NCBI GenBank assembly: GCA_963664875.1
Contig: OY761611.1
Span: 2,976,001 to 3,040,000, forward strand
Length of the DNA: 64,000 nt
Reading direction: 5' to 3'
Source of the DNA: Candidatus Kapaibacterium sp.
GTDB lineage: Bacteria; Bacteroidota; Ignavibacteria; Kapaibacteriales; UBA2268
The position numbers and the translations under genes are program-made. Below are positions 1 through 10,170 of this stretch, in pieces. Within the stretch, counting starts at the first letter, position 1. The number at the start of each line of letters is the position of its first letter. The notes under the pieces are model-generated. The model ran no database searches and was not told the DNA's origin. It was given only the letters and a program-made list of their open reading frames with translations.

Positions 1-444
1 ATGTATGATTAAGTTATCGCCAACAAAAATACCAACATGATTAATGTGTGCTCCTGACTTGAAAAAAACAAGATCTCCTGCAATTAGTGAGGAGCGTGCT
101 ATTCTTTGTACAAAATCCCATTGCTGAGCCGCAGTCCTTGGTAAATCTATACCACAGCTGCTAAATACACTTTGCACAAAGCCGGAACAGTCCGCACCGG
201 ATTTGGATTCGCCACCATACTTATAAGGTGTGCCGAGCCAAAGTTTTGCGTTTTTGACAATACAGTTTGTTTCTTCAATGTCAGAAGGCTTGACAGTTTT
301 GCGGTCTTTTTTTTGACTATGTGATGTTTTTTTGACAGTATTATGTCTGACATCAGATGCAAAACGCACGGAAGAGGTGCAACTAAAAAGAAATAATGAT
401 GCACAAAGAGTAATAGTGATATATAAAGCACCTGTAGGCTTCAT
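1..444 (-). CDS. NlpC/P60 (C40) family lipoprotein peptidase, runs off the window edge; missed by the ORF track
   Basis: Manual translation MKPTGALYITITLCASLFLFSC...LWLGTPYKYGGESKSGADCSGFVQSVF...LPRTA...GDLVFF...INHVGIFVGDNLIIH; classic NlpC/P60 motifs and lipobox LFSC. Confidence 0.92.
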   Translation of the reverse strand, partial: MKPTGALYITITLCASLFLFSCTSSVRFASDVRHNTVKKTSHSQKKDRKTVKPSDIEETNCIVKNAKLWLGTPYKYGGESKSGADCSGFVQSVFSSCGIDLPRTAAQQWDFVQRIARSSLIAGDLVFFKSGAHINHVGIFVGDNLIIH

Positions 445-450
445 ATATCA

Positions 451-582
451 CTATCTTTTGATTTTTAATTTTATCATGTTCTTTTCAGCATGACGTTTGT
501 GGAATCTTGCACTCATATTTATTGCCCAAAAACCTGCCGCTGTGGCAAAAATGAAAGCTGCTTTTAATAATACCGGGTCCAT
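451..582 (-). CDS. Small 43-aa membrane protein (one N-terminal hydrophobic helix, basic tail)
   Basis: MDPVLLKAAFIFATAAGFWAINMSARFHKRHAEKNMIKLKIKR; GGAGG 5 nt before ATG; lies between a sigma54 box and the NlpC/P60 gene. Confidence 0.6.
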   Translation of the reverse strand: MDPVLLKAAFIFATAAGFWAINMSARFHKRHAEKNMIKLKIKR

Positions 583-618
583 CGTTTCCTCCATTGATTA
601 AATTGAGTACTTTACTAT

Positions 619-634
619 TGCAAGATATGTGCCA
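619..634 (-). promoter_or_regulatory. sigma54 (RpoN) -24/-12 promoter
   Basis: Minus strand TGGCAC-ATATC-TTGCA, matches TGGCAC-N5-TTGCW, 36 nt upstream of the small ORF. Confidence 0.75.
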
Positions 635-728
635 AAAAAAACATAATCGAGATTTCCAAACACATTTTTAGTTGACTAAAAGCAGAATCTTATAGGTGCC
701 ACAATTCGAGCCATTTTGTTGACGTACA

Positions 729-1157
729 CTATTCGAGATGCGGCCCTTTGCCAATTTGCATTTTCCCTTTGAAATACATCTTTTTTGTGTATAACGATTT
801 GCAAATAAAAGCTTCGATGCCCTGATGTTCTATGATGCTGAGGTTAAGGATTTTTAGGTTGTGTGGCAAAATATCAGCTCTATCGTAGCAGGGGTAAAGA
901 TTGCTGCAGGGATAGTCAGAACATTCGAAACAAAATCGAGCATTTTTGCTTTGGATGCAACTATAGGTCGGGCATACATCTTTCATAAGAGGGCATTTGC
1001 CTTCTGAGGGCAGGCAAGCCTTGCAGGGAAGAATGCTTTCAGGTATTCCTTTGCTTATAAGATAGTTTTTGATATCTTCATTCTCTGCGGCAAGGTACAT
1101 TTCGCAATTAGCACAATCTATTCCGCAGGGAGCGATTAATTCTTTTCGAGAAGTCAT
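729..1157 (-). CDS. DUF3795-type Cys-rich (Fe-S/Zn-binding) protein
   Basis: APCGIDCANC, CKAC, CPTYSC, FCFECSDYPC pattern; start taken at MTSRKE. Confidence 0.8.
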   Translation of the reverse strand: MTSRKELIAPCGIDCANCEMYLAAENEDIKNYLISKGIPESILPCKACLPSEGKCPLMKDVCPTYSCIQSKNARFCFECSDYPCSNLYPCYDRADILPHNLKILNLSIIEHQGIEAFICKSLYTKKMYFKGKMQIGKGPHLE

Positions 1158-1330
1158 CTTTTTCTTCCTTATTTGTACAAAAAAAGATAACCTGTGGATT
1201 GACATTCAGATAGACTGCAATATACAAAATAAATACTGATTAGATTGAGTCAGTTATTGCAAAAAAAACACTCATTGTGAAGTTACATCATCGTCAAATA
1301 CTTTAAAAAGATTTGAGCTTAAGATAAGAA

Positions 1331-1355
1331 CAGAGACACTATGTTTGTATCTCTG
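1331..1355 (-). terminator. Probable intrinsic terminator after the histidine kinase gene
   Basis: Minus strand CAGAGATAC-N7-GTGTCTCTG followed by TTCTT. Confidence 0.45.
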
Positions 1356-1422
1356 CCTATCAAATAGCAAATTAGTTACATTATTGTTGTTTTTAGGAAA
1401 GCGGGATACAGCTAAATAAATA

Positions 1423-2526
1423 TTATTTATCGAACTGTATAAAAAAGCTCGTGCCTACTTCTTTGGTACTTTCGAACCATGCTTTGCCTTTTAGATATTT
1501 CTCTGTGAAGAGTTTGATGCTATATGTTCCAATCCCTCTTCCTGTTCCTTTTGTAGAAAAGGATTTCCTGAAGATTTTTGATTGTACCTCTTCTGACATA
1601 ACAAGATTATTGTGAACTGAGAAAGTGAAAGAATTTTCTGATTGAAATGCAGATAAAGTTACTATCCCTGAAGGGTAAACAGCCTCTAATGCATTTTTGA
1701 GTAAATTACTTACAATTCTACCCAACAATGCGGGGTCAGATTCAAACTGAAATTTCTCGAATTTCTCGCTTAAACGAATTTCACTTTTTTTGGCAAAATC
1801 ATAGGCAGAGTTAGTGCGAATCATTTCATTCGCAAAAGTCAATGTATTCATTTTTACTTTTTTTACTTCTAATTGGTCTTTTTCCGCCTGTACTAATTGC
1901 TTGTGATTTTGGATTTCGTCAATCAATCTTTTTGAAGAGTCTTTGAGCATTGTTTTGTATTCATTGTATTCATCAGGCAAATCCATATCCAACAGAATAG
2001 AAATCGAAGTAATTGAGCTTGCGGTATTGAGTATGTCGTGAAAGAAAACACGCTCTAAGATTTCCTTTCGCTTCTCATCGCTGATGTCGAACAAAGAAAA
2101 AATAACATACTTTTCGTCGTTGATAAAGGTTGGTGCTGAGCTGACTCTGAGAGTGAGCGAATTATTTTCTTTATCCAATATCTGACATTCGTTTGTGTTT
2201 TCATTCTCGTTCAAAGCAGAAATGATAGATACAAATGCACCGCAATACTGGCACTCTTTTGCATTGCCACATCCGCCCAGCTCTTTAAAAGAATATACAC
2301 ATGAAAAAATTTCTCCGGGTCGTTTTCCAAGAGTTGATTTGTTGTCAAGAAAATCGAAGAATTTGAAAAATGATAAATTAGCATACACAGCTTGCCTGTA
2401 TTGATTCAAAATAAGAATCAAATCAGGAATCTTATCAAACAGCTGCTTATAAAGGAGTTGTTCGGAAAAGAATTTGACTTGTCTGTCCAAATCTTTCCCT
2501 TCTAATCTTGCCATAGTGTCGTACAT
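1423..2526 (-). CDS. Cytoplasmic PAS-domain sensor histidine kinase
   Basis: PAS-like N-terminus with Cys cluster (GGCGNAKECQYCGA), H-box FFHDILNT, N-box NLLKNALEA, FSTKGTGRGIG. Confidence 0.88.
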   Translation of the reverse strand: MYDTMARLEGKDLDRQVKFFSEQLLYKQLFDKIPDLILILNQYRQAVYANLSFFKFFDFLDNKSTLGKRPGEIFSCVYSFKELGGCGNAKECQYCGAFVSIISALNENENTNECQILDKENNSLTLRVSSAPTFINDEKYVIFSLFDISDEKRKEILERVFFHDILNTASSITSISILLDMDLPDEYNEYKTMLKDSSKRLIDEIQNHKQLVQAEKDQLEVKKVKMNTLTFANEMIRTNSAYDFAKKSEIRLSEKFEKFQFESDPALLGRIVSNLLKNALEAVYPSGIVTLSAFQSENSFTFSVHNNLVMSEEVQSKIFRKSFSTKGTGRGIGTYSIKLFTEKYLKGKAWFESTKEVGTSFFIQFDK

Positions 2527-2651
2527 TTTCGCCCCAAATTTACAATCTTAGATTTGTAAAGAGAATATACACAAAATACATTATACTATGAATAACTATT
2601 TTCTTATCTTGTCGTATATGTTAGATGTTTATTTGTTTTTAGGAAAGTAAG

Positions 2652-3440
2652 ATGAAATCTCATGAAGTTGATTATCAGATTTTCGGCGACGATATGCAGG
2701 TTGTCGAGATAGAATTAGATCCACAGGAAACTGTAATTGCCGAAGCCGGTGCTATGAATTGGATGGATGATAGTATCGAGTTTGAAGCAAAGCTGGGCGA
2801 TGGTTCTAAACCTAATCAGGGTATGTTTGGCAAGCTATTAGATGTTGGCAAAAGAGTTCTAACCGGTGAATCAGTATTTATGACTCACTTCACAAATGTT
2901 GGTCACGGCAAAAAAAGAGTAGCATTTGCAGCACCATACCCGGGCAAAATTGTGCCTTTAGATATGGCACAAATGGGTGGTGATTTCATTTGCCAAAAAG
3001 ATGCTTTCCTATGTGCAGCTTTAGGAACTGAAGTAAGTATCACTTTTAACAAAAGACTCGGTGCCGGCTTTTTTGGCGGCGAAGGCTTTATTTTGCAACG
3101 TCTTCGCGGAGATGGTCTTGCTTTTGTGCATGCAGGCGGTACTATAGTTAAAAAAGAACTAAAAGGTGAAACTATTAAAGTTGATACCGGCTGTATCGTT
3201 GGGTTCACAGCAGGCATAGATTATGATATTCAAAGAGCAGGCGGACTAAAATCTATGTTTTTTGGTGGAGAGGGCTTGTTTTTAGCTACTTTGCAGGGTC
3301 ATGGTACTATTTATCTCCAATCACTTCCATTTTCTCGTATGGCTGACAGAATACTTCAACATGCACCGTCAGCAGGTGGCTCGTCCAAAGGTGAAGGATC
3401 TGTACTTGGCGGTTTTGGCAGAATGATTAGTGGTGATTAG
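2652..3440 (+). CDS. TIGR00266 / AIM24 family protein
   Basis: [23 protein letters not shown], repeated FFGGEGF/L motifs, LQSLPFSR. Confidence 0.9.
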   Translation: MKSHEVDYQIFGDDMQVVEIELDPQETVIAEAGAMNWMDDSIEFEAKLGDGSKPNQGMFGKLLDVGKRVLTGESVFMTHFTNVGHGKKRVAFAAPYPGKIVPLDMAQMGGDFICQKDAFLCAALGTEVSITFNKRLGAGFFGGEGFILQRLRGDGLAFVHAGGTIVKKELKGETIKVDTGCIVGFTAGIDYDIQRAGGLKSMFFGGEGLFLATLQGHGTIYLQSLPFSRMADRILQHAPSAGGSSKGEGSVLGGFGRMISGD

Positions 3441-3496
3441 TATTTTAACCAGAAAATGTCATTTGAAACCCAATTAAGTCTTTAACTTATTTTTTT

Positions 3497-3520
3497 GGCA
3501 AGGGGTTAAAACCCCTTGTC
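3497..3520. repeat. REP-like palindrome
   Basis: GGCAAGGGG-TTAAAA-CCCCTTGTC, a GC-rich hairpin in an AT-rich convergent intergenic region. Confidence 0.5.
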
Positions 3521-3752
3521 CCTTGATACAATATATAAGTTTTCCTTTCATTTACGACTTGAATTCTTCTTCGTAAATAAAGCATGTTGCAAGTGTTTTT
3601 GATCTCTAATGACAAAAAGGGATTAAAAGTAGTTGTGGAAAATAATGCCACATTTAATCCCTACCATTGGAAGAAGGGCGAGGTCATTGTTGCATTTTGG
3701 ACATCTTATTCGACTGATGAGAGAGCCTCTTTTACTTGACTCTAAAAACAAT

Positions 3753-4670
3753 TTACAGCTTGAAGTAATAACCAATGTTTATGCCCAGGGAATATGCCAA
3801 ACCAAGCTGATAACCATTGGGATACCTGAGTATAGGTATATCTGTAAATGCTGCGAAATTGAAATTATCATAACTGTAGTTAATCTGCGGAGACAGGAGG
3901 ATAAAATTGCCACCGGTGTTGTCCACAGCTTTTCCGGACTGGTAGTCATGGGTTCTGTTGGTGTGTTGTATTTCTAATATCGCTGTGAGTTTTTCTATTA
4001 TCGGGTATGATACAAAAAGCGAGCTAGTGATATTGTTCCCAAATCTATATTCATCATCATTCTCTCCAGTTAATTCAAATCTTGAAACAGCATACAAATG
4101 CAGACCAAAAGGGAAACCCTTATGGAAGAATGCATTAAAAGTTACAGCTCTGCTGGCGACCGCAGTTCTTTGGTAAATAGCAATATCTTCACTGTTATTG
4201 TCATTGTCACCAAGCGGGAATTTTACTCCCACACCGCCGGAAAACTCGATATCGTATTTAGGCTTTAGATAAAAAATGAACTTACCTGAAATCCCAATAT
4301 GCGAAAATCCGCTTGCTTTAGTAGTGCCTGAGCCATCTGTAAACTCTCTATTCAGGTAGTAGCCGGTTTCCAAATCCGCCATAAATCTATCCGCAAGTCC
4401 ATAGCTTAAATTAAGTAAAGAGTATTGTGCGTTGAAATCAGAATATCTTAAGCTTGTATCAACTGCACTTCCATTGTGGTAATAAGTATCGCCACTCATT
4501 GATTTTGTCATCAAAGATGCAGAAACATAGCGTTCTTTTATGACGCCGGTGTTGGTGATAGAAGCCGCCGGAGAAAATCCGCCAAAAATAGTTCCACCCC
4601 AGCAGTTACATTGAGCAGAAGCATTCGCTGAGATAGCAAGTAACAAAATAGCAGTAATAATATATTTCAT
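3753..4670 (-). CDS. Outer-membrane beta-barrel 'transporter' family protein with N-terminal CxC motif
   Basis: Signal peptide MKYII...ASA-QCNCWGG, amphipathic strands, GVKFPLG and NTGG motifs, aromatic C-terminal strand IGYYFKL. Confidence 0.75.
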   Translation of the reverse strand: MKYIITAILLLAISANASAQCNCWGGTIFGGFSPAASITNTGVIKERYVSASLMTKSMSGDTYYHNGSAVDTSLRYSDFNAQYSLLNLSYGLADRFMADLETGYYLNREFTDGSGTTKASGFSHIGISGKFIFYLKPKYDIEFSGGVGVKFPLGDNDNNSEDIAIYQRTAVASRAVTFNAFFHKGFPFGLHLYAVSRFELTGENDDEYRFGNNITSSLFVSYPIIEKLTAILEIQHTNRTHDYQSGKAVDNTGGNFILLSPQINYSYDNFNFAAFTDIPILRYPNGYQLGLAYSLGINIGYYFKL

Positions 4671-4675
4671 AAGTT

Positions 4676-5164
4676 TTATTCTTTGCAGTATTTGATAATA
4701 TCTTTTTCCCATGAGAAGATAGGTCCTTCAATTTTCCCGATTAACTTGCCATTTTTTTCTATGAAAAGGGTAGGGACAGAGTATATGCTAAATCTTTTGT
4801 GATTGCCGCCTGACTCCTCAAAATCATCGTTTACATTGAAAAGTTCAATATTGCTTTCTGTAATTCCGTATTTATCTAAGATCTTAAGTATCTTTGCTAC
4901 TTCCTGAATGCAATGGCTACATTCCGTATTAGCAAATATAGTAAAATTAAACTCATCTGTGCCTATACTTTCAAAGGTAAGTTCGACCTCGTATTCTTCA
5001 TAGGCAGAGATAGAATTAGTTGTTTCCAGCCATGATGTAATACTCATTTTCCTGTATTTGTTGTCGATAATACGAATATTAGGCGAACAAGAATTATATA
5101 TCAATAATAATGATAATAAGATAAATAATGCGGAAACATTTATATTAAGAACATTTTTTAGCAT
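4676..5164 (-). CDS. Thioredoxin-fold lipoprotein
   Basis: Lipobox-like YNSC, CSHC (CxxC), cis-Pro motif SVPTLF, GKLIGKIEG. Confidence 0.75.
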   Translation of the reverse strand: MLKNVLNINVSALFILLSLLLIYNSCSPNIRIIDNKYRKMSITSWLETTNSISAYEEYEVELTFESIGTDEFNFTIFANTECSHCIQEVAKILKILDKYGITESNIELFNVNDDFEESGGNHKRFSIYSVPTLFIEKNGKLIGKIEGPIFSWEKDIIKYCKE

Positions 5165-5246
5165 ATCTTATAAATATTTATTGTAAATGTAATATAGTTT
5201 AATTATCTTTAGATATGGTATGCCCAATCTTTTAAGTGTAGAGACT

Positions 5247-8200
5247 ATGAGTTTGAAAGATAAAAGTAAAGAAGAACTTTTGCAAGAAATAAAAAAATTG
5301 CAGGAAGAATTACTTTCTAAGGACTTGCAAATCGAAGAATTATCGGAGCGTCTGACAGGCTTTCAAATCAGACAGGATGATACGCTCATTAGTAGCTCTA
5401 TGCCTTATCAATCTTTAGCTCCTGACGGCAAATTTTTATATGTAAACGAAGCTTGGTCGATTCTTTTGGGCTATAGTGCTGAAGATATAGCCGGAAAAAA
5501 CTTTGGAGATATTATCCTTCCGGAACTTTATGAAAAATTTTGTGAAAAGTTTGAGGAATTTAAGAACGAAGGAATTATCATTGATGCTGAATTGATACTT
5601 TTGGCTAAGTCAGGAAAGGAGATTGCTGTAAAAATAGACGGCAGATTTGTCAAAGATGAGATTGGTAATTATTTACATACGCATTGTATTTTGAAAGATG
5701 TAACAACTGAGTATAAACTAAGAACTGAATTAGAGAGAAGAGAGATCCTTTTTTCGAATACTTTTGATTCACTTGCGTTAGGTGTTGGATTGTATTCCAA
5801 AGACGGATTCCTTTTTCAATCAAATAATAGATTTGCAGAAATTTTAGGTTATAGCATTGAAGAGATAAAAGATGTTTCATTCCGACAATTTGCTGTTGAT
5901 ACTGATGAACTGGATAGTTTTACCGAGGAATTGCGATCTCTTGCAATGAATCCTAAGAAAACTTTAAGCTTCGAGAAAAGAAATATTCGAAAAGACAAAC
6001 AGATAATTTGGGTAAAAATGCATATATCTGTATCTGTAAACTCAGAAGGAGATTTTGAACATTTTAATGTTGTTCTGGAAGACATTACTAAACAAAAGGA
6101 ACAGGAGAAGAGCCTCGAGCTTTTCAAAGCAGTAATAGACCATGCAAACTATGGCGTTGTTATCTGCACACAGGATAGAGAAGTTGTATTTTCCAATCAA
6201 TATTTTGGAGATTGTCACGGCCTGAGTGTGGAAGAATCCATCGGAAAGACAATAGATATTTACCATAGCCAAAGTCAACTTGAAGATGCGTATAATATGT
6301 TTGAGGAAATGGCAAAAGACAAAGCTCACACTCCAAGATTAGTCTGGCATGCTAAGAAAAATGGTGATGAGTTCCCTATGCTTATGAATGGAGGTATCGT
6401 ACAAAGTAACGGAGAGACTTATATTACTGTTTCAGCGCTTGACATCAGCGAATTGTATTCTCAAAGTATCGAGTTAGAAGAAAACCGTGCAAAATACTCT
6501 GCTATCATTTCGCAATCAATAGACTGTATATATATAGCCGATGCAGAAACACTGCAAATTTTAGAAGCTAATCAGTCTTTGCTCAATTTGACGGGCTACT
6601 CCGAAGATGAAATAAAAAAACTGACAATAAAGGACTTAGTGTATTCTGTGGATCCGGATTTTGTCAAATCTAATCTTCAAAAATTGCTGGTAGATAAATC
6701 TATAAAATTAGATTTGATTTATTACTTAAAGAAATCCGGAGAAAAAATAGCAGTAGAAGTAAATGCTAATTTGATTCAAGTCAGAGAAAAGTTTTATATA
6801 AGTGGGCTTGTAAGGGATATATCAGAAAAAATTAGAATAGAAAATGAACTAAGAGAAAGAGAAAACTTCATTCGAAGCATTACTGATAATGTCCCGGTTG
6901 TGATATTCTTGTTTAATTTCAAACAAAAACGAACTATTTATGCCAATTCTCAACTTAATAAGCAACTTGGATATACTATGGAAGACCTTGCAGAGCGGCA
7001 GTCCGATATGCTTTTAGATATTATCCATCCGGATGACGTTTTCAGACTTCGTACAGATTTTTCCTTTGAAAACTTCTCTCAGAAATCGGTTTACTCTGAA
7101 TTTAGAATCAAGCACAAAAAAGGTTCCTATATTTGGTTTAGTGCTGTTGGGACAGAGCTTAAAATTGGCGAAACAACGCATCTTCTCGGATTTGCACAAA
7201 ATATCGATGAAAAAAGGCGCTATAGCCAGGCACTGATTGATAGTGAGCGTATGTATAGAATCTTAGCAGAATCTCTTCCTGATACAATCATGCGATTTGA
7301 CAAAAACATGAGGCATCTCTATGTCAGTGAAAACGTAACTAAAGTTGTTGATATCAAAGCCAAAGATATGTTTAACAAGACGCATGCGGAACTTGGTTTC
7401 CCTGAGGAAATGGTAGAGTTTTGGGAAAGAAAAATCAGGAAGGTATTTGAAACAGGAAAAGCGGGAGACTATGAATTTACCATTGACTCCAAAGCCGGAT
7501 TAGCTGTAATTGACTGGAGACTATTACCTGAATTTGATGATAAAGGAGAAGTCGAGTCTGTCCTTGCTATAGCAAGAATTATCAATGACTTGAGAAATAC
7601 CGAAAGAGATTATCAGCGTCTATTTAATGAACTAAATGCCGGGTTTGCAGTACATGAAATTATTTTAGATAACGCAGGCAACCCAATTGATTATAGGTTT
7701 ATTGTTGTAAATAAAGCTTTCGAAAAAATGACAGGTCTTTTCCAAGAGGACATCAAAGGAAAGACTGTCAAAGAAATCCTGCCGGGTACTGAAGATTATT
7801 GGATTCAGACTTACGGCGAGGTTGCCCTTACCGGAAAAACTACTCAGATTGAAAATTACTCTGCAGACCTAGATAGATATTATGAAGTAACAGCCTATTC
7901 GCCATTGAAATATCAATTTGCAACTATTATTGAAGATATTACAGAAAAGAAAAAGATACGAAACCGAATAAAAGAACAGGAAGAAAAATACAGACTAATA
8001 GTGGAAAATCAGTCTGATATGGTTCTAAAACTGGACAGAAATTACAAAATACTTTACGCGAACCCCAATTTTACCCAAGCTCTTAATTTGGAAGAAAGAG
8101 ATATACTATCAAAGAACTTTCTCGAAGTAATTCCTGAAGAAAATCGTTCCTGTTTTGTCGAAGTTCTCAATGAGGTCGCAAATAAAGATAAAGAAATTGC

Positions 8201-9233
8201 CACCAAAGAATGCAAAAAAAGTGATGAAGATTTGTGGATTAACTGGACAATAAAAGCAGTAAAAAATGACTTGGGCAAATTGGAGTACCTAATTGCGGTT
8301 GGCCATGATATTAGCGAAATCAAAAAAGTACAGCAAAAAATCCAAGAGTTAAATATGGAACTCGAGGAAAAGGTAATCCAAAGGACTCATCAGCTACAAA
8401 ATGTAGTAAATCAACTTCAGAAAGAAAATGAAGAACATAAAAAGACTAAGATGCAGCTGGAAGTTGCCAAAACACAAATAGAAAAAGCATTGAATGAAGA
8501 GAAGGAACTTAGCCAGTTAAAAACGCGCTTCATCTCTATGGTATCGCACGAATATAGAACTCCACTTACTGTAATACTATCATCTTCATTTTTGATAGAA
8601 AGACTTGGTAGAAAAAATGAATACGACAAAGTAGATAACCATTTGGAGAAAATAAGGGCAAGCGTTAAGCAGATGACAAATTTGCTTGAAGATGTAATTG
8701 CAGTTGGTAAAAGCGAGGAAGGACTACTTACACCAAAGCCTCAATATTTTGATTTGTCAGTGCTTATGAATACTTTGATTGACGAAGTATATTCTATTGA
8801 CAGTAGAATGCATGCTATTGATTTGAACTTTAATGCCGATAATACAATAATCTACTCAGACCCAAAACTTTTACGACAGGTTATAAATAATCTACTTACA
8901 AATGCGTGTAAGTACTCAAAGATAGGTACAAAGGTCTATATACTTGTCAGCATCAAAAATGACTGTTTCAATATTGATGTTAAAGATGAAGGTATTGGCA
9001 TTTCCGATGATGATTTGCAAAGTCTATTTACTCCGTTTTTCAGAAACAAAGAACATATTGGTGCAATCCCCGGCTCCGGTCTTGGTTTGACAATAGTTAA
9101 ACGTTCGGTAGAATTGTTGGGTGGCAAGCTTAGTGTGATTTCGAAAGTTAACGAAGGTAGTACTTTTACTGTAACTTTCCCATTGAAAGTTATTTACCCT
9201 GATTTTTATAAGGATATGGATAAAAATGTTTAG
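5247..9233 (+). CDS. Large cytoplasmic multi-PAS (about 8 PAS/PAC) sensor histidine kinase
   Basis: Repeated PAS/PAC units ending DIT/DIS/DVT; H-box SHEYRTPL, NLLTNACKYS, DEGIG, GSGLGL; start may be 5220. Confidence 0.92.
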   Translation: MSLKDKSKEELLQEIKKLQEELLSKDLQIEELSERLTGFQIRQDDTLISSSMPYQSLAPDGKFLYVNEAWSILLGYSAEDIAGKNFGDIILPELYEKFCEKFEEFKNEGIIIDAELILLAKSGKEIAVKIDGRFVKDEIGNYLHTHCILKDVTTEYKLRTELERREILFSNTFDSLALGVGLYSKDGFLFQSNNRFAEILGYSIEEIKDVSFRQFAVDTDELDSFTEELRSLAMNPKKTLSFEKRNIRKDKQIIWVKMHISVSVNSEGDFEHFNVVLEDITKQKEQEKSLELFKAVIDHANYGVVICTQDREVVFSNQYFGDCHGLSVEESIGKTIDIYHSQSQLEDAYNMFEEMAKDKAHTPRLVWHAKKNGDEFPMLMNGGIVQSNGETYITVSALDISELYSQSIELEENRAKYSAIISQSIDCIYIADAETLQILEANQSLLNLTGYSEDEIKKLTIKDLVYSVDPDFVKSNLQKLLVDKSIKLDLIYYLKKSGEKIAVEVNANLIQVREKFYISGLVRDISEKIRIENELRERENFIRSITDNVPVVIFLFNFKQKRTIYANSQLNKQLGYTMEDLAERQSDMLLDIIHPDDVFRLRTDFSFENFSQKSVYSEFRIKHKKGSYIWFSAVGTELKIGETTHLLGFAQNIDEKRRYSQALIDSERMYRILAESLPDTIMRFDKNMRHLYVSENVTKVVDIKAKDMFNKTHAELGFPEEMVEFWERKIRKVFETGKAGDYEFTIDSKAGLAVIDWRLLPEFDDKGEVESVLAIARIINDLRNTERDYQRLFNELNAGFAVHEIILDNAGNPIDYRFIVVNKAFEKMTGLFQEDIKGKTVKEILPGTEDYWIQTYGEVALTGKTTQIENYSADLDRYYEVTAYSPLKYQFATIIEDITEKKKIRNRIKEQEEKYRLIVENQSDMVLKLDRNYKILYANPNFTQALNLEERDILSKNFLEVIPEENRSCFVEVLNEVANKDKEIATKECKKSDEDLWINWTIKAVKNDLGKLEYLIAVGHDISEIKKVQQKIQELNMELEEKVIQRTHQLQNVVNQLQKENEEHKKTKMQLEVAKTQIEKALNEEKELSQLKTRFISMVSHEYRTPLTVILSSSFLIERLGRKNEYDKVDNHLEKIRASVKQMTNLLEDVIAVGKSEEGLLTPKPQYFDLSVLMNTLIDEVYSIDSRMHAIDLNFNADNTIIYSDPKLLRQVINNLLTNACKYSKIGTKVYILVSIKNDCFNIDVKDEGIGISDDDLQSLFTPFFRNKEHIGAIPGSGLGLTIVKRSVELLGGKLSVISKVNEGSTFTVTFPLKVIYPDFYKDMDKNV

Positions 9234-10170
9234 AACACTGATAGTAGATGATGTTGAGCAAAATGCTATAATGCTTAGAGTTCTTTTAGAGAATTACAAT
9301 CATCGTGTTACGTTTGCTTCAAATGGGAAAGATGCTCTCGAGATACTTAAGGATAAAGAATTTGACCTTATAATATCGGATATTCTGATGCCCTATATCG
9401 ATGGATTTGAGTTTTGCAAGTTAGTAAAAGCAAACGAATCTACTCAGAACATCCCTTTCATTTTTTATACTGCAACTTATATGGATCAGGAAAGCAAAAA
9501 GTATGGTCTTTCGCTTGGGGCTGATAGGTATCTTTTGAAACCTCTTGAACCACATTATTTATTAGCTACAATTGATGATCTTTTTGCGGACTATAAATCC
9601 AGAAGTTTGATGGATAGCAGAGAAAGTTTGACCAATCCAACAGAAATGGATTTGCAACAGATTAACTTATTAGACCGACTTGAAAATGGCTTATTTGAGC
9701 TGGAAAAAAAGAATAGAATTCTAAAAAAACTGAATAATTTAACCTTAGAGCTAATCGGAGCAAAATCTGTTCAGGAATATTTCGATTATCTGCTTGGTAC
9801 AGTGCAAAAGTATTTCCCATTCAATAGAGTGCTCGTAACGGCACTTAGGGACAATCAATTTATCACAATGCTCAATAAAAATATGCCTATGACTACTAAG
9901 ATAATATTGCTCAAATATATAGCAGGCTCGCATGATTTGATGAAGTTCGAAAAGTATGTCTTGGTGCGTAATTGTTTGAGGCACAATATCGAGGATATTC
10001 CATTAAGTATCACCGGTTCATGTTGCTTTTTGCCGTATGATAATACCAAGGAATCAGGAATTATTACTTTGATTTCCGATAATGAATATAATTATGAATA
10101 CGCTGAGTATTTCTTTGATAATTTGCAGTCAATCATCAATAAAACTATTGTATTAATCAATAAAGATTAG
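9226..10170 (+). CDS. Response regulator (REC) with degenerate GAF-like C-terminal domain
   Basis: LIVDD, IISDILMP, YTAT, LLKP receiver motifs; overlaps the kinase stop by 8 nt. Confidence 0.85.
   Translation: MFRTLIVDDVEQNAIMLRVLLENYNHRVTFASNGKDALEILKDKEFDLIISDILMPYIDGFEFCKLVKANESTQNIPFIFYTATYMDQESKKYGLSLGADRYLLKPLEPHYLLATIDDLFADYKSRSLMDSRESLTNPTEMDLQQINLLDRLENGLFELEKKNRILKKLNNLTLELIGAKSVQEYFDYLLGTVQKYFPFNRVLVTALRDNQFITMLNKNMPMTTKIILLKYIAGSHDLMKFEKYVLVRNCLRHNIEDIPLSITGSCCFLPYDNTKESGIITLISDNEYNYEYAEYFFDNLQSIINKTIVLINKD

Noticed and set aside
147-431. 94-aa ORF from the track
   Set aside because: Wrong frame; the real gene is the NlpC/P60 frame 1..444, which lacks a stop inside the window
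3548-3745. Minus-strand fragment RIRCPKCNNDL (zinc-ribbon-like remnant) and the 3633..3977 ORF
   Set aside because: No start or SD, interrupted by a stop, too short to assign
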